Shown here piece by piece: positions 1 to 9,451 of a stretch of DNA of 64,000 nt. The notes under the pieces are model-generated. The model ran no database searches and was not told the origin of the DNA. It saw only the letters and a program-made list of their open reading frames with translations. The translations under genes and the position numbers were made by a program. Source of the stretch: Candidatus Brocadiia bacterium (lineage in GTDB: Bacteria > Planctomycetota > Brocadiia > CAIUPP01); NCBI GenBank assembly GCA_050015075.1, contig JBEKCB010000018.1, forward strand, positions 20,461 through 84,460, read 5' to 3'. Position 1 is the first letter of the stretch. The number at the start of each line of letters is the position of its first letter.

Positions 1-178
1 CGTAGGCGGGCATCGCGTGGATGAAGCAGTCCGCGCGCGGATGGATCCCCGGCTTCGGCGGCATCTCGGTCCGGCCGAGCCCCTTCAGGCGAAACCCGTT
101 CTCCACCGCCTCAAGCACTTCCGCCATGGTCATGCCGAGGGACTCGACGGCGCTGCGGCTCAGATAGATGATCTCCAC
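1..178 (-). CDS. ornithine cyclodeaminase / mu-crystallin family protein (N-terminal fragment; gene runs off the window start)
   Basis: Minus-strand translation from a GTG at about 178 gives VEIIYLSRSAVESLGMTMAEVLEAVENGFRLKGLGRTEMPPKPGIHPRADCFIHAMPAY, a typical OCD/mu-crystallin N-terminus. A GGAGGA RBS lies 6 nt upstream. Confidence 0.5.
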   Translation of the reverse strand, partial: MEIIYLSRSAVESLGMTMAEVLEAVENGFRLKGLGRTEMPPKPGIHPRADCFIHAMPAY

Positions 179-265
179 GATCGTCCTCCGTTTCCATGGA
201 ATCGTCAACGCGACGGCTTCGATTATATCACTCGGAGCGGCGCACGATAAATGATGGTCCGCGGT

Positions 266-1216
266 CTATCGCCAGTCCTCCGCCGGCGGCCTATCGTCCC
301 TCCGTTCAACCACGGAGAACTTGCAGATGACGGCGCCGGCGATGACCAGCCCGCAACCGAGCCACAGCGCGCGCGTCAGCGGGACGCGCAGATACAGCGA
401 GCTGATGACCGTCGAGAAGAGCGGCAGCAGGTACGAGAAGGACGCGACGAAGACCATCCGCCCGCGGCGCATGGCGATGTCCCAGAACGGATAGGCCAGG
501 CCGATCGGGAAGATGACATAGAGCGCCATTTTTACGGCGATGTCCGGGCTCCAGTGCGGGTGCTCGTGGAAAAAGCAGCGCGCGAGGAGCAGGACCAGCC
601 CGCTCGCGACCATGAACAGATTCATCGCCCCGCCGCCGGCGTCCGCGGCCCAGCGGCGGCTGAGGTTGGAATAGAGCGCCCAGGCGACCGCCGCCGCGAG
701 CGCGAGCAGATACGGCGCAGCGTTCGCGCGCAGGTCGGCCGTGAATCCCGACCAGGACAGGACCTGGTTCTGCGCACTGGCGACGAGAGCGATGCCCGCG
801 AAGGCGATCAGCACGCCGGGGACGAGGCCGATGCGCGCGCGATCGCCCAGGATCGGCATGGCGAGCAAGAGCGTCAGCACCGGCCATAGGTAGTTGATCA
901 AACCGACCTCGACGGCCTGCGCGCGGTCAGCGGCCAGCCCCACGGCCAGGAAGAAGCAGAGGACGTAGAGTACGACCAGTCCGCCGCAGCCGAACAGGTA
1001 CGCGCGCGGCAGCCGGAGCATCCGCTGGATGCGTTCCGGCCGGATGAGCAGCGGAAGACTGCTCAGCACGCCGCCGGCCAGGTAAAGCACGGCGCTCGCC
1101 GTCAGCGGTCCCAGGCATTCGACGATGTCCCGCGCGACCGCCACCGTCGTGCTCCAGAACAGCACCGCCAGGATGCCCGCGACGGTGGGCAGATGTTTGG
1201 ACGAGGAAGACTGCAT
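266..1216 (-). CDS. DMT superfamily (EamA-like) membrane transporter
   Basis: 316 aa with about 10 predicted TM helices and an EamA-like duplicated architecture; high GC3. Confidence 0.7.
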   Translation of the reverse strand: MQSSSSKHLPTVAGILAVLFWSTTVAVARDIVECLGPLTASAVLYLAGGVLSSLPLLIRPERIQRMLRLPRAYLFGCGGLVVLYVLCFFLAVGLAADRAQAVEVGLINYLWPVLTLLLAMPILGDRARIGLVPGVLIAFAGIALVASAQNQVLSWSGFTADLRANAAPYLLALAAAVAWALYSNLSRRWAADAGGGAMNLFMVASGLVLLLARCFFHEHPHWSPDIAVKMALYVIFPIGLAYPFWDIAMRRGRMVFVASFSYLLPLFSTVISSLYLRVPLTRALWLGCGLVIAGAVICKFSVVERRDDRPPAEDWR

Positions 1217-1344
1217 CCGGCGCTTTCCTTGAGGGCTGATGGAAGTTCGAAGGAAAAGACCAGGAACAAAGGCGGCATCTTACATGGACCCGGCGGCTCG
1301 GAGCAAGTGCTTCGACGCGCGCCGCCGGACGCCCTGTTCTCCGA

Positions 1345-2538
1345 TCAGATTGCCCGGAGCGCCCTGACCATCGCCAGCACATTCTCCGCCGGGACGTCCG
1401 GTTGGATATTGTGAACCTGCGTAAAGACAAATCCTCCATGCGCTCCGAAGATCGCCGCGTTTCGGCGCACTTCCCGGCCGACCTGCGCCGCGGAGGCGCG
1501 GTTCAACGTGCGCTGGGTGTCGCACCCGCCGCCCCAGAAGACGATGTCCTTGCCGAATTCGCGCTTGAGCTGCGCTGGGTCCATGCCGGCCGCCGAAATC
1601 TGCACGGGGTTGATCGCCTGCACGCCGCATTCGATCAGGTCCGGAAGAAACTCCGCGATGGCCCCGCAGGAGTGCAAAAGCAAGACGCCGTCGAAAACTT
1701 GCCTGAGATGGCCGAAGAACCGCTTCTGGTACGGCCGGATCATTTCCCGGTACGTGCTCAGAGAGATGATCGGCCCGTTCTGCGTTCCGAGATCGTCGTT
1801 GACGAGAATGACATCCAGATACGGACCGAGTGTTTTCACATAGCGATCGGCGCGGCGCATGTACGCGGCGCAGAGCGCATCGAGGAGCGCGTGGGCCAGC
1901 GCCTTCTCGGCCACGAGATCGCACATGAAATTCTCGTAACCTCGAAGCGCTTCGCCGGCGGCCAGAAGGTGGCAGGCGAGGTTGCCGACCACGGCGCGAC
2001 CGGTGGCGTGCAGGCGCCGGGCTCGGGCGGCGCGCTCTTCCCACGTTTCGTCGGAGAATCCTGGCACGTCGAAGTTCACAATGCAGGGCGCCGCGGGGTC
2101 CACCTGCGATGCGGACGTCAAGCTCCTGAGCGGCGCGTCGCACCACTCAAAATAGAATCCCTCCGCCGGCATGCGCGCCAGCAGGCTTCCGCCGTCACCG
2201 CGCACCTCGCGCGAGCCGTCCGGCAAGAACTTCTCGTTCCAAAGTCCGGGGACTTCGCACGCCGATCCATCGGGCAGGGTTGACCGCTTCCACGTTCTCG
2301 GCTCCCAATTCAGCGATACCGCGTCAATCTCCAGCGCGTCCAGGATGGCGGGTTCGATCAGGGACAATTGCTGGTACGGGTCGTAGATCCTCGGCGCGCC
2401 GCCGAGCCCCAGGGCCGCTTTCAGACGGGCATAGGCAATCCCGGTCATGCCCGAGGAGTCCGTAGCGCCGATGTCGAGGGGGATCCGGTCCGGCGCCTTG
2501 TGAGCCAGCGCCGCCTTAACGCGCTCCCGGGAATTCAT
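1345..2538 (-). CDS. uroporphyrinogen decarboxylase (URO-D) family methyltransferase (MtaA/CmuA-like methylcobamide methyltransferase)
   Basis: From the internal start MNSRERVKAALAHKAPDRIPLDIGATDSSGMTG... with a URO-D/MtaA fold signature. The upstream GTG at 2742 would overlap the mttB-family gene by 140 bp, so the internal ATG is preferred. Confidence 0.65.
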   Translation of the reverse strand: MNSRERVKAALAHKAPDRIPLDIGATDSSGMTGIAYARLKAALGLGGAPRIYDPYQQLSLIEPAILDALEIDAVSLNWEPRTWKRSTLPDGSACEVPGLWNEKFLPDGSREVRGDGGSLLARMPAEGFYFEWCDAPLRSLTSASQVDPAAPCIVNFDVPGFSDETWEERAARARRLHATGRAVVGNLACHLLAAGEALRGYENFMCDLVAEKALAHALLDALCAAYMRRADRYVKTLGPYLDVILVNDDLGTQNGPIISLSTYREMIRPYQKRFFGHLRQVFDGVLLLHSCGAIAEFLPDLIECGVQAINPVQISAAGMDPAQLKREFGKDIVFWGGGCDTQRTLNRASAAQVGREVRRNAAIFGAHGGFVFTQVHNIQPDVPAENVLAMVRALRAI

Positions 2539-2603
2539 TCTTGCGCGTGTCCAATGTCCAGTTGTGTGAAGCGTTGCGCTTTCGGCGGCGGCGCATCCGG
2601 CCT

Positions 2604-4172
2604 CTATCCGCGTCGCGCCAGCGCCTGGTCCATCGCCCGGGCTTGACCCCGCGTGAATGCTTGGGGCTGGGCCGTGGACAACACTTCTTGAGCTTTGCGG
2701 CGCGCGGCGGCGTCCACCGGCTGACCGCCGGCCGCGGACCACGCGTCATGCCGTGAGCGGTCGAAGATCTGCGGATACCACACCTCGCGCCGGAAGTGCT
2801 TCACCGTGTGCGGATGGCTCATGAAGTCGCCCTGCGGGCCGACGGCGTCAATGACGTCCAAAGCCAGGGCCTCGGCATTGATCTCCGTCCCCGCGCGATA
2901 GCGTTTGACCATGCCGATGATCTCGTCGGCCAGGACGATGCTCTCCATCGAGCAGCACAGTCCGGTCTCCAGGTATCCGACGTCGTGAATCAGGTTGCAG
3001 CCGTTCAGGGCGCTGACCAGAAGGGAAGCGGCCATCTCCGCTCCTGCCTGCGCGTCGAGTACTTTGGAATCCGTCGCGCCCGCGATGCAGAAGAAGGGCA
3101 GTTGGTAGTGATGGGCCAAGTCCGCGAAGGCGATGTTCATCATCTGAAGTTCCGGCGCTCCATAGGAGAAGATCATGGTGCGCATATCCATGATGGACGC
3201 ATCCGCCCCGAAGATGAACGGCGCGCCGGGGTTCTTCAACTGATGGATCACCAGCCCGGAGAGCGCCTCGGCGTTCGCCAGGGCGATGCAGCCGGCCATG
3301 GTCACCGGGGCCGACGCCCCCATCATCGGGCTGGCGATATAGATCATCGGCATCCGGTGCTCGGCGCAGAACAGCAGCTTGCCCGTTCCGTTCGGAGTGT
3401 GGTGCAAGGGACTGACCGGTTCGTTGTAGTGAACGTACCGCGGCCGCTCCTCCAGGTCCCGGCGCCCGCCCCCGGTTGCAATCTCGGCCAGGGACAGGAT
3501 GTCGCGCATGTCCTCCGCATCGTGTGCGGTGAACAGGACCGGTTTAGACGTGTTCCGGACCATGGCGTCGAACTGGTGGACAAAGCTCGTCAGGCGGCTG
3601 GCGTCCGATGCGATCCCCATGGACATGCAGAAATCAATGTTGGCGAGACGGTCGCAGAGGAGGGCCAGGCGGCCCACGTCCGCCTTGGTGCTGGGCCGAT
3701 GCAGGCCGGTGTCGGCGTCCAGGGCGCTGGGGCAATCGGACCCGGTGCCGTAGTAAGAGTTCCAGCCTTCGAGACGCATCGCCGGTTGGCCGGCGCGGTT
3801 ATAGATCTGAATACTCTTGGGCGCGGTCTTCAGCGCGCGCTCCACGAGAACGGCCTTCATGCGGACCCGCTCGCCCTCCACCCGCGCGCCCGCCTTCTTG
3901 AGCAGGCCCAGCGCCGCCGCATCCTGCACGGCCACGCCGGTCCGGTCCAGAATTTTCAGCGCGGCCGCGTGAAGGGTCTGAATCTGTTGCTTGCCGAACA
4001 GACTCAAGGAAATTTCCGCGTGAGTGCGAAGTTTACGTGGCGTTATCACAAACTTCCTTTCGCCAAGGGGAAAATGAGCGAGGGTTGCATCCGGCGCGGC
4101 CTTGCGCGTTGCCGGGTGTTCGCCGGCAAGGCGATTGAGGTCGGAGAGCCCATGCGTCCCGCGGCATCGCAC
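2604..4172 (-). CDS. trimethylamine/quaternary-amine methyltransferase MttB family (non-pyrrolysine type, MtgB-like)
   Basis: 522-aa ORF containing ISLSLFGKQQIQTLHAAALKILDRTGV plus MttB-family core motifs. No in-frame TAG. The true start is probably downstream of 4172 (a candidate GTG near 4049 with a GAAAGGAAG RBS). Confidence 0.65.
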   Translation of the reverse strand: MRCRGTHGLSDLNRLAGEHPATRKAAPDATLAHFPLGERKFVITPRKLRTHAEISLSLFGKQQIQTLHAAALKILDRTGVAVQDAAALGLLKKAGARVEGERVRMKAVLVERALKTAPKSIQIYNRAGQPAMRLEGWNSYYGTGSDCPSALDADTGLHRPSTKADVGRLALLCDRLANIDFCMSMGIASDASRLTSFVHQFDAMVRNTSKPVLFTAHDAEDMRDILSLAEIATGGGRRDLEERPRYVHYNEPVSPLHHTPNGTGKLLFCAEHRMPMIYIASPMMGASAPVTMAGCIALANAEALSGLVIHQLKNPGAPFIFGADASIMDMRTMIFSYGAPELQMMNIAFADLAHHYQLPFFCIAGATDSKVLDAQAGAEMAASLLVSALNGCNLIHDVGYLETGLCCSMESIVLADEIIGMVKRYRAGTEINAEALALDVIDAVGPQGDFMSHPHTVKHFRREVWYPQIFDRSRHDAWSAAGGQPVDAAARRKAQEVLSTAQPQAFTRGQARAMDQALARRG

Positions 4173-4185
4173 GGGGCATAATGAG

Positions 4186-4258
4186 TGGCGGGGGTGGGAG
4201 TCGAACCCACACTCTTGTCCTTATGAAGAACCTGCTTTATCCCTTAAGCTACCCCGCC
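4186..4258 (-). tRNA. tRNA-Met(CAT): tRNA-Met, anticodon CAT (elongator-type or tRNA-Ile2 precursor; CCA not encoded)
   Basis: 73 nt: GGCGGGG-TA-GCTT..AAGC-A-GGTTC-TTCATAA-GGACA-AGAGT-GTGGG-TTCGACT-CCCAC-CCCCGCC-A. It has a 7-bp acceptor stem, a GTTCGA T-loop and a CAT anticodon, and lacks the initiator-type 3xG:C anticodon stem. Confidence 0.8.
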
Positions 4259-4477
4259 GTGCGCTCTCGAGCAGCCTGAGCGGCAGGCTTTCAAATTATC
4301 AGGCCGGGGCGAAACTGTCAAGCGATTGCGGCTGCTCGTAGTGTGCCCGTCAGGGCATACGAACTAGCGCCTGACGGCGCCACTACAAGCTGCGCATGAG
4401 AATCTTCCCTGCACTCGGCATGACGCGACATCAGGCACCACTCGCGCAGGCAACGCCGTCCGTTGTAGAATCACGCC

Positions 4478-5767
4478 ATGGAAGACTCCAGCATGAATCC
4501 CAATGTTCGCCGCGCGCAAAGCCGGACGTCCCTTGCGGCGTTCAACTGGAGCGTCGGGCTGCGGAGTTTCTACGACACCACCTGCGGCGGCGGGCTGTTC
4601 ATCTTTGTCTCGTTCGCGCTCTCGCTGGGCCTGGCCAAGGAGCGCGTCGGGTTGATCACCTCGGTCGTGAGCTTTGCCTGCCTGCTGCAGGTCGTGAGCA
4701 TTGCGGTGGTCAATTTCATTCCGGACAAGAAGCGGTTCATCCTCTCGGTCGGGCTCTGCGAGCCGCTGGCGCTGATCGTCACGGCGCTGGCGACGCCGTT
4801 TCTGCCGGCGGGCCTGCGGCTCTGGGCGCTGGGCGCGGGAATTTTTCTGGCGGGCGCCGCCTATCACCTGACGCGTCCCCTGGCGGACGATTGGCTGGTC
4901 TCGAGCATCCCGGTGGCCATCCGGCCGAGCTACCTCGGCGGGCGGTTCCGGGTGATCAGCGCATGCACGATCGTGGCGATGCTGCTGGCGGGCTGCGTGG
5001 CTGAGCGGATCGCGAAGTCCGATTCGTTCGGCCTCGGCCTGGCGCTGGCCGGCGGCGGCGTGTTCGGGGTGCTCTCCATTCTGGCGCTGCGGCGCGCGCC
5101 GATGCCGGTCCGGTCGGCGCTCGCGCGCGTCGCCTGGAAGGATGCGCGCGAGGCGCTCCGCGTCAAACCGTTCCGCAATTACCTGGCCGGGTTCTTCGTC
5201 TACAACATTCCGTTCCTGGCGGCCATCCCGTATTACCAGGTGTTCAATCTCAAAGTGCTTCAGATGAAGGAGAGCCGGATCGCGTACGTGGCCATCGGCT
5301 ATCTGGGCATGAAGCTGCTCGTGACGGGATTCTGCGCGCGGGTCATTCGCCGGTACGGGATCCGGCGGGTGCTCTGGGCGTGCGGGCCGCTGTACGCGCT
5401 GTTCTTCCTGGCGTACCTCTTCTGCACGCCGGAACGCACCTGGCCGCTCTATGCGGCGTGGGCGCTGGTCGGCATTGCGGACGCGGCCTTCTCGATCGCC
5501 GCGGCGATGGCGCTTTACGATTGCGTGCCGGAGACTCCCGGGCGGCCGGTCTATTTCGCCATCGCCAACGTGCTGTCCATCGGCATTTTCTGCATCGGCG
5601 GCGTCGTGGCGGTCCCGATCCTGGAAGCTCTCCAGGGCGCGGCCGTTCAGATCGGCCCGCTCACGCTCGGGCAGTTCCACTGCCTCTACGCGATCTGCTT
5701 CATCCTGATGATCCCCGCCACGTGCGGCGCGGCGTTTTTCCCTGCACGTGAAAGGTCCCTCGAGTAG
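4478..5767 (+). CDS. MFS transporter
   Basis: 429 aa with 12 predicted TM helices in an MFS-like arrangement. Confidence 0.7.
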   Translation: MEDSSMNPNVRRAQSRTSLAAFNWSVGLRSFYDTTCGGGLFIFVSFALSLGLAKERVGLITSVVSFACLLQVVSIAVVNFIPDKKRFILSVGLCEPLALIVTALATPFLPAGLRLWALGAGIFLAGAAYHLTRPLADDWLVSSIPVAIRPSYLGGRFRVISACTIVAMLLAGCVAERIAKSDSFGLGLALAGGGVFGVLSILALRRAPMPVRSALARVAWKDAREALRVKPFRNYLAGFFVYNIPFLAAIPYYQVFNLKVLQMKESRIAYVAIGYLGMKLLVTGFCARVIRRYGIRRVLWACGPLYALFFLAYLFCTPERTWPLYAAWALVGIADAAFSIAAAMALYDCVPETPGRPVYFAIANVLSIGIFCIGGVVAVPILEALQGAAVQIGPLTLGQFHCLYAICFILMIPATCGAAFFPARERSLE

Positions 5768-5783
5768 CCGGACACGTGTACGA

Positions 5784-5936
5784 ACCACCGAGACACCAAA
5801 GCACCAAGAACGCCAAATGATAATGCAACCACGGAACACACGGAAGACACTGAAACTGTTTAGCAAAGCCTTTCGGTGTGCTCCGTGTATTCCGTGGTGG
5901 AAGCCGTTGTCTCTTTGTGCCTTGGTGTCTTGGCGG
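5784..5936. repeat. nested palindromic repeat element (outer CACCAAG-unit arms, inner CCACGGAA/ACACGGA-unit arms) between convergent genes
   Basis: gagacaccaaagcaccaag...ccacggaacacacggaagacac || gtgtgctccgtgtattccgtgg...cttggtgtcttggcgg. The same inner module occurs at 29462-29612 and the same outer module at 40874-41047. Confidence 0.8.
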
Positions 5937-5948
5937 TAAATGCGGCGC

Positions 5949-6641
5949 TTAGCTTTTCTGCCCGTAATACGCGTCCGGCCCGTGCTTGCGGAGGAAGTGT
6001 TTCGCGAGGAGGAACTCCGGGATGGGGCCCGCCGCGCCGTTGAGCTGCAACGTGCCCAGCGCGGTCTGCGCGACCAGCTCCAGCGCGACGCTGTTCGTCA
6101 GCGATTCGGCGGCGGTCCTGCCCCACGTGAACGGGCCATGATGCGCGACGAGGACGGCGGGCATCTCGTTCGGGTTGATCTTCTTGAACCGCTCGACGAT
6201 CGCGCGGCCGGTGTTCTCCTCGTACTTGCCGGCGACCTCTTTGCGGGTCAGGGCGCGCGTGACGGGAACCTCGCCGTTGAAATGGTCCGCGTGCGTCGTC
6301 CCCAGGCACGGAATGCCGCGGCCGGCCTGCGCGAACATTGTCGCGCAGGGGCTGTGCGTGTGCGTCACGCCGCCGATTCCCGCAAAGGCGCGGTAGAGCG
6401 CCAGGTGCGTCGGCGCGTCCGTCGAGGGCTGGAGCCTGCCCTCCGCGCGCGCTCCGTCCAGGTCCACGAGCACGATGTCGTGCCGCTTCAAAGCGGCATA
6501 GCCGACGCCGCTGGGCTTGATCGCCATCATCCCTTTCGCGCGGTCGAAGCCGCTGACGTTGCCGAACGTCAGCGTCACCAGCCGGCAGCGCTCCAGTTCC
6601 CGGTTCGCCCGGCACACTTGTTCTTTCAAGTCCTCAAGCAT
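5949..6641 (-). CDS. araD: L-ribulose-5-phosphate 4-epimerase (class II aldolase/adducin family)
   Basis: 230 aa with AraD-like motifs (GVTHTHSP, HHGPFTWG). Confidence 0.8.
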   Translation of the reverse strand: MLEDLKEQVCRANRELERCRLVTLTFGNVSGFDRAKGMMAIKPSGVGYAALKRHDIVLVDLDGARAEGRLQPSTDAPTHLALYRAFAGIGGVTHTHSPCATMFAQAGRGIPCLGTTHADHFNGEVPVTRALTRKEVAGKYEENTGRAIVERFKKINPNEMPAVLVAHHGPFTWGRTAAESLTNSVALELVAQTALGTLQLNGAAGPIPEFLLAKHFLRKHGPDAYYGQKS

Positions 6642-6692
6642 GAGTTCCCTTCGATCCCGTTTTATCCTGTAATCCTGTCAAATCCGTTATCA

Positions 6693-8387
6693 TTATCCGC
6701 GCTGACGTTCGCGGATGCGGATGAGGTCCTTCATCACGTGGTCGAGCTTGCCCGACCACTCGCGCGTGCCGAAGGCGTCGTGCAGCGTGCGGTAGAGCGG
6801 GTAGAGTTCGGCGTAGACCGCCTGCGCCTTCGGGTTCGGGCGGTAGAACTTGTCCTTCACGCCGCAGACGGCGCGCTGCGCCTCGGCCGCGTCCGCGAAC
6901 CCGCCGGCCTCTTTGCCGGCGGCGACCGCGCCGAAGATCGCCGCGCCGAGCGCGCAGGTCTGGTCGCTGCGCGAGACCTTCATCGGGCGGCCGGTGACGT
7001 CGGCGTAGATCTGCATCAGCAGCGGGTTCTTCGCCGCCAGGCCGCCGCAGTTGACGAACTCCTTCACCGGCACGCCGTACTCCTCGATGCGCTTGGCGAT
7101 CGTCAGCGCGCCGAACGCGGTCGCCTCGATCAGCGCGCGGTAAATCTCGTGCGCCTCGGTGTGCAGCGTCTGCCCGAGCAGCAGTCCGCTCAGGCGCACG
7201 TCCACCAGGATCGTGCGGTTGCCGTTGTTCCAGTCGAGCGCCAGCAGGCCGTGCTCGCCGGGCTTCTGCTTCGCGGCGAGCGCGCCAAGCGTCTTGAATT
7301 TCTCGTCCGTCGTCCGGCCGAAGCGCTCCGGCACGAGATGGGCGATGAACCAGAGGAAAATGTCGCCGACGGCGGACTGCCCGGCCTCGATGCCGTAGAA
7401 CCCGGGCAGGATCGAGCCGTCCACGATCCCGCAGACGCCGGGGATGTCGGCGAGCTTCTTCGCGTTGGGCATGACCATCATGTCGCAGGTGCTCGTGCCG
7501 AGGATTTTCACGAGCGTCCCTTCGCGGACGCCGGCGCCTACCGCGCCCATGTGCGCGTCGAACGCGCCGGCGGCGATCGCGATGCCCGGCTTCAGCCCGA
7601 GCTTCTTCGCCCATTCCGCCGAGAGTCGCCCCGCCGCGTGGTCAGCCGGCACCGCCTTCTCGTAGAGCCGCCGGCGCAGCGCGGCCAGAGCCGGGTCGAG
7701 CCCGCGCAGGAACTCCTCGTCCGGCAGGCCGCCCCATTCCGGGCAGTACATCGCCTTGTGGCCGGCGGCGCAGACGCCGCGGACGATTTGCTCCGGCCGC
7801 GTGTCGCCGGCGAGCAGCGCGGGCATCCAGTCGCAGTGCTCGACGAAGCTGTGCGCGGCGGCGAAGACCTTCGGCGCGGCGCGCTTGCAGCGCAGGGCCT
7901 TGCTCCAGAACCACTCCGAGGAATAAGTCCCGCCGCATTTGGCCAGGTACTGCGGCCGGATTTTCCGCGCGCGCGCGGTGATCTCCGCCGCCTCGGCGTG
8001 GCCGGTGTGGTCCTTCCAGAGCCAGGCCATCGCATCGAGGTTCCCCTTGAACTGCGGCAGCATGGCCAGCGGCGTGCCGTCGCGGTCCACCGGCATCGGC
8101 GTGCTGCCGGTGGTGTCAATGCCGATGCCGACGATCTGCGCCGGGTCGAACCGGCGGTCCGCCTTCTTCGCGCGGCGGATCGTCCGCGGCACAACGCCCA
8201 GCGCGGCGACGTAGTCCTGCGGATTCTGCCGCGCCAGGTTCGGCTCGCGCGGATCGAGCAGAATCCCCGCCGCGCCGGACGGAAAATCGAAGACGCAGCT
8301 TTCCACCTCGCGCCCGTCGGCCAGGTCCACGATCAGGCAGCGGCAGGAGTTCGTCCCGTAGTCGAGTCCCAACGCATATCTCTTCAT
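6693..8387 (-). CDS. araB: ribulokinase (FGGY carbohydrate kinase)
   Basis: Start at MKRYALGLDYGTNSCRC with a GGAGAG RBS. FGGY/AraB motifs run throughout. It lies upstream of araD on the same strand. Confidence 0.8.
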   Translation of the reverse strand: MKRYALGLDYGTNSCRCLIVDLADGREVESCVFDFPSGAAGILLDPREPNLARQNPQDYVAALGVVPRTIRRAKKADRRFDPAQIVGIGIDTTGSTPMPVDRDGTPLAMLPQFKGNLDAMAWLWKDHTGHAEAAEITARARKIRPQYLAKCGGTYSSEWFWSKALRCKRAAPKVFAAAHSFVEHCDWMPALLAGDTRPEQIVRGVCAAGHKAMYCPEWGGLPDEEFLRGLDPALAALRRRLYEKAVPADHAAGRLSAEWAKKLGLKPGIAIAAGAFDAHMGAVGAGVREGTLVKILGTSTCDMMVMPNAKKLADIPGVCGIVDGSILPGFYGIEAGQSAVGDIFLWFIAHLVPERFGRTTDEKFKTLGALAAKQKPGEHGLLALDWNNGNRTILVDVRLSGLLLGQTLHTEAHEIYRALIEATAFGALTIAKRIEEYGVPVKEFVNCGGLAAKNPLLMQIYADVTGRPMKVSRSDQTCALGAAIFGAVAAGKEAGGFADAAEAQRAVCGVKDKFYRPNPKAQAVYAELYPLYRTLHDAFGTREWSGKLDHVMKDLIRIRERQRG

Positions 8388-8491
8388 CGCCGGCTCTCCC
8401 GGAACATTCTGACATCCAGCAGGCGTCCACCGTTGCACTATTATCTCCGAGGCGGCGGTTTTTGCAAGAGCTTTGTGCAAACTGACAGAGG

Positions 8492-8640
8492 CTCGCCCGT
8501 TTGACGTCGCGACCCTGCTCGCGATATGCTGCGCGAGCCGTCGGAACGGATCGTCCTCGTCTTCGAACTCGTCCTCGTCCTCGGCTGTTCGTAACGGCCG
8601 TTCGAGGACGGGGACGAGGACGACGACGAGGACGCTTGGC
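8492..8640 (+). repeat. promoter-hairpin repeat cassette, copy 1 (sigma70-like TTGACG-N17-ATATGC followed by a long GTC/GAC-rich imperfect hairpin)
   Basis: cccgtttgacgtcgcgaccctgctcgcgatatgctgcgc, then an imperfect palindrome of about 85 bp built from CGTCCT/AGGACG units. It is nearly identical to 9266-9412. Confidence 0.75.
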
Positions 8641-8733
8641 TAATGGGCGACTCGCCACGAAGAGGCAAGTCGCACGCAACGGGTGCGATACAGTCCGCGC
8701 GCAAGGACGGCGGCTCCCGGTGGAGGAAAATCC

Positions 8734-9135
8734 ATGGCTGATGCGCTTCCGAAAGAGGAAAGTCCCGGAATCTCTGAGGAGGTTAAGCGTGTTGCAGGCG
8801 GTCTCGCACTCTGGATGCGGGTAGTGGCCATCATGGGCTTTCTCGGCGTACTCTACCAGTGGGGTAGGATGTTGCCGCAAGCAAAATTCGCCTCGGCATC
8901 CGAATTCGTTTTCGCCGTCATCAGCGGACTAATAGAATGCTTCGCGCTATTCTATTTATGGCAAAGCGCCGGCTCCTTTCGCCGGCTAGCAAGAGTTGAG
9001 CAGAGCGACGGCCGGCCACTGGAGCATGCGCTCCGGCAACTGAAGACGTACTTCTGCTTCGCGACGATTCTGACCGTGATCGAATTTGCGGCATTCTTTT
9101 GGCTTACCCGCTGGGTCGGCGCGGGAACGCGTTGA
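8734..9135 (+). CDS. small membrane protein (2-3 TM helices), hypothetical; markedly lower GC than its surroundings
   Basis: Start MADALPKEE with a GGAGGA RBS. TM segments VAGGLALWMRVVAIMGFLGVLY and FVFAVISGLIECFALFYLW. Flanked by two copies of the promoter-hairpin repeat. Confidence 0.5.
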   Translation: MADALPKEESPGISEEVKRVAGGLALWMRVVAIMGFLGVLYQWGRMLPQAKFASASEFVFAVISGLIECFALFYLWQSAGSFRRLARVEQSDGRPLEHALRQLKTYFCFATILTVIEFAAFFWLTRWVGAGTR

Positions 9136-9265
9136 GTGACGCCGCAATGCAACAGATACTTGATGCAGTCAAGAAAGCCAACACGGAAAGCCTTCACCAA
9201 TGAGTTTCGCGGCCCGAGCAGGTGGGGCCTGGCCGCTCTAACACCTGACTCCAAACCGATATAGG

Positions 9266-9412
9266 TCCGCCCGTTTGACGTCGCGACCCTGCGCGCGATA
9301 TGCTGCGCCATTTGTTGGAATGGATCGTCCTCGTCCTCGAACTCGTCCTCGGCCGTTTTCTAACGGCCGTTCGAGGACGAGGACGAGGACGGGGACGAGG
9401 ACGATTGGCTTA
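9266..9412 (+). repeat. promoter-hairpin repeat cassette, copy 2
   Basis: cccgtttgacgtcgcgaccctgcgcgcgatatgctgcgc plus a GTC-rich hairpin, immediately upstream of the aldolase gene. Confidence 0.75.
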
Positions 9413-9451
9413 TGGGGAGACTCACGAGTGAAGAGACCCTCTGTCGCCACA

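Noticed and set aside
2604-4172. A pyrrolysine-type (amber-containing) MttB.
   Set aside because: The reading frame is continuous with no internal TAG, so this is a non-Pyl MttB-superfamily member.
2796-4181. A 461-aa plus-strand ORF opposite the MttB-family gene; likewise 22897-24363 plus-strand opposite the FG-GAP gene, and 34687-35748 plus-strand opposite the AKR gene.
   Set aside because: These are mirror-frame ORFs with no recognisable motifs. The opposite-strand genes have strong family signatures.
4340-4376. A short hairpin (gcccgtcaggg...cctgacggcgc) between tRNA-Met and the MFS gene; a possible terminator or riboswitch.
   Set aside because: It lies upstream of both divergent transcription units and has no U-tract. 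It is most likely part of a promoter region. The evidence is insufficient.
5940-8504. An 854-aa plus-strand ORF spanning araD and araB.
   Set aside because: It is antisense to two well-supported genes (AraD, AraB). Its translation is Arg/Ala/Pro-rich low-complexity sequence typical of an out-of-frame read in high-GC DNA.
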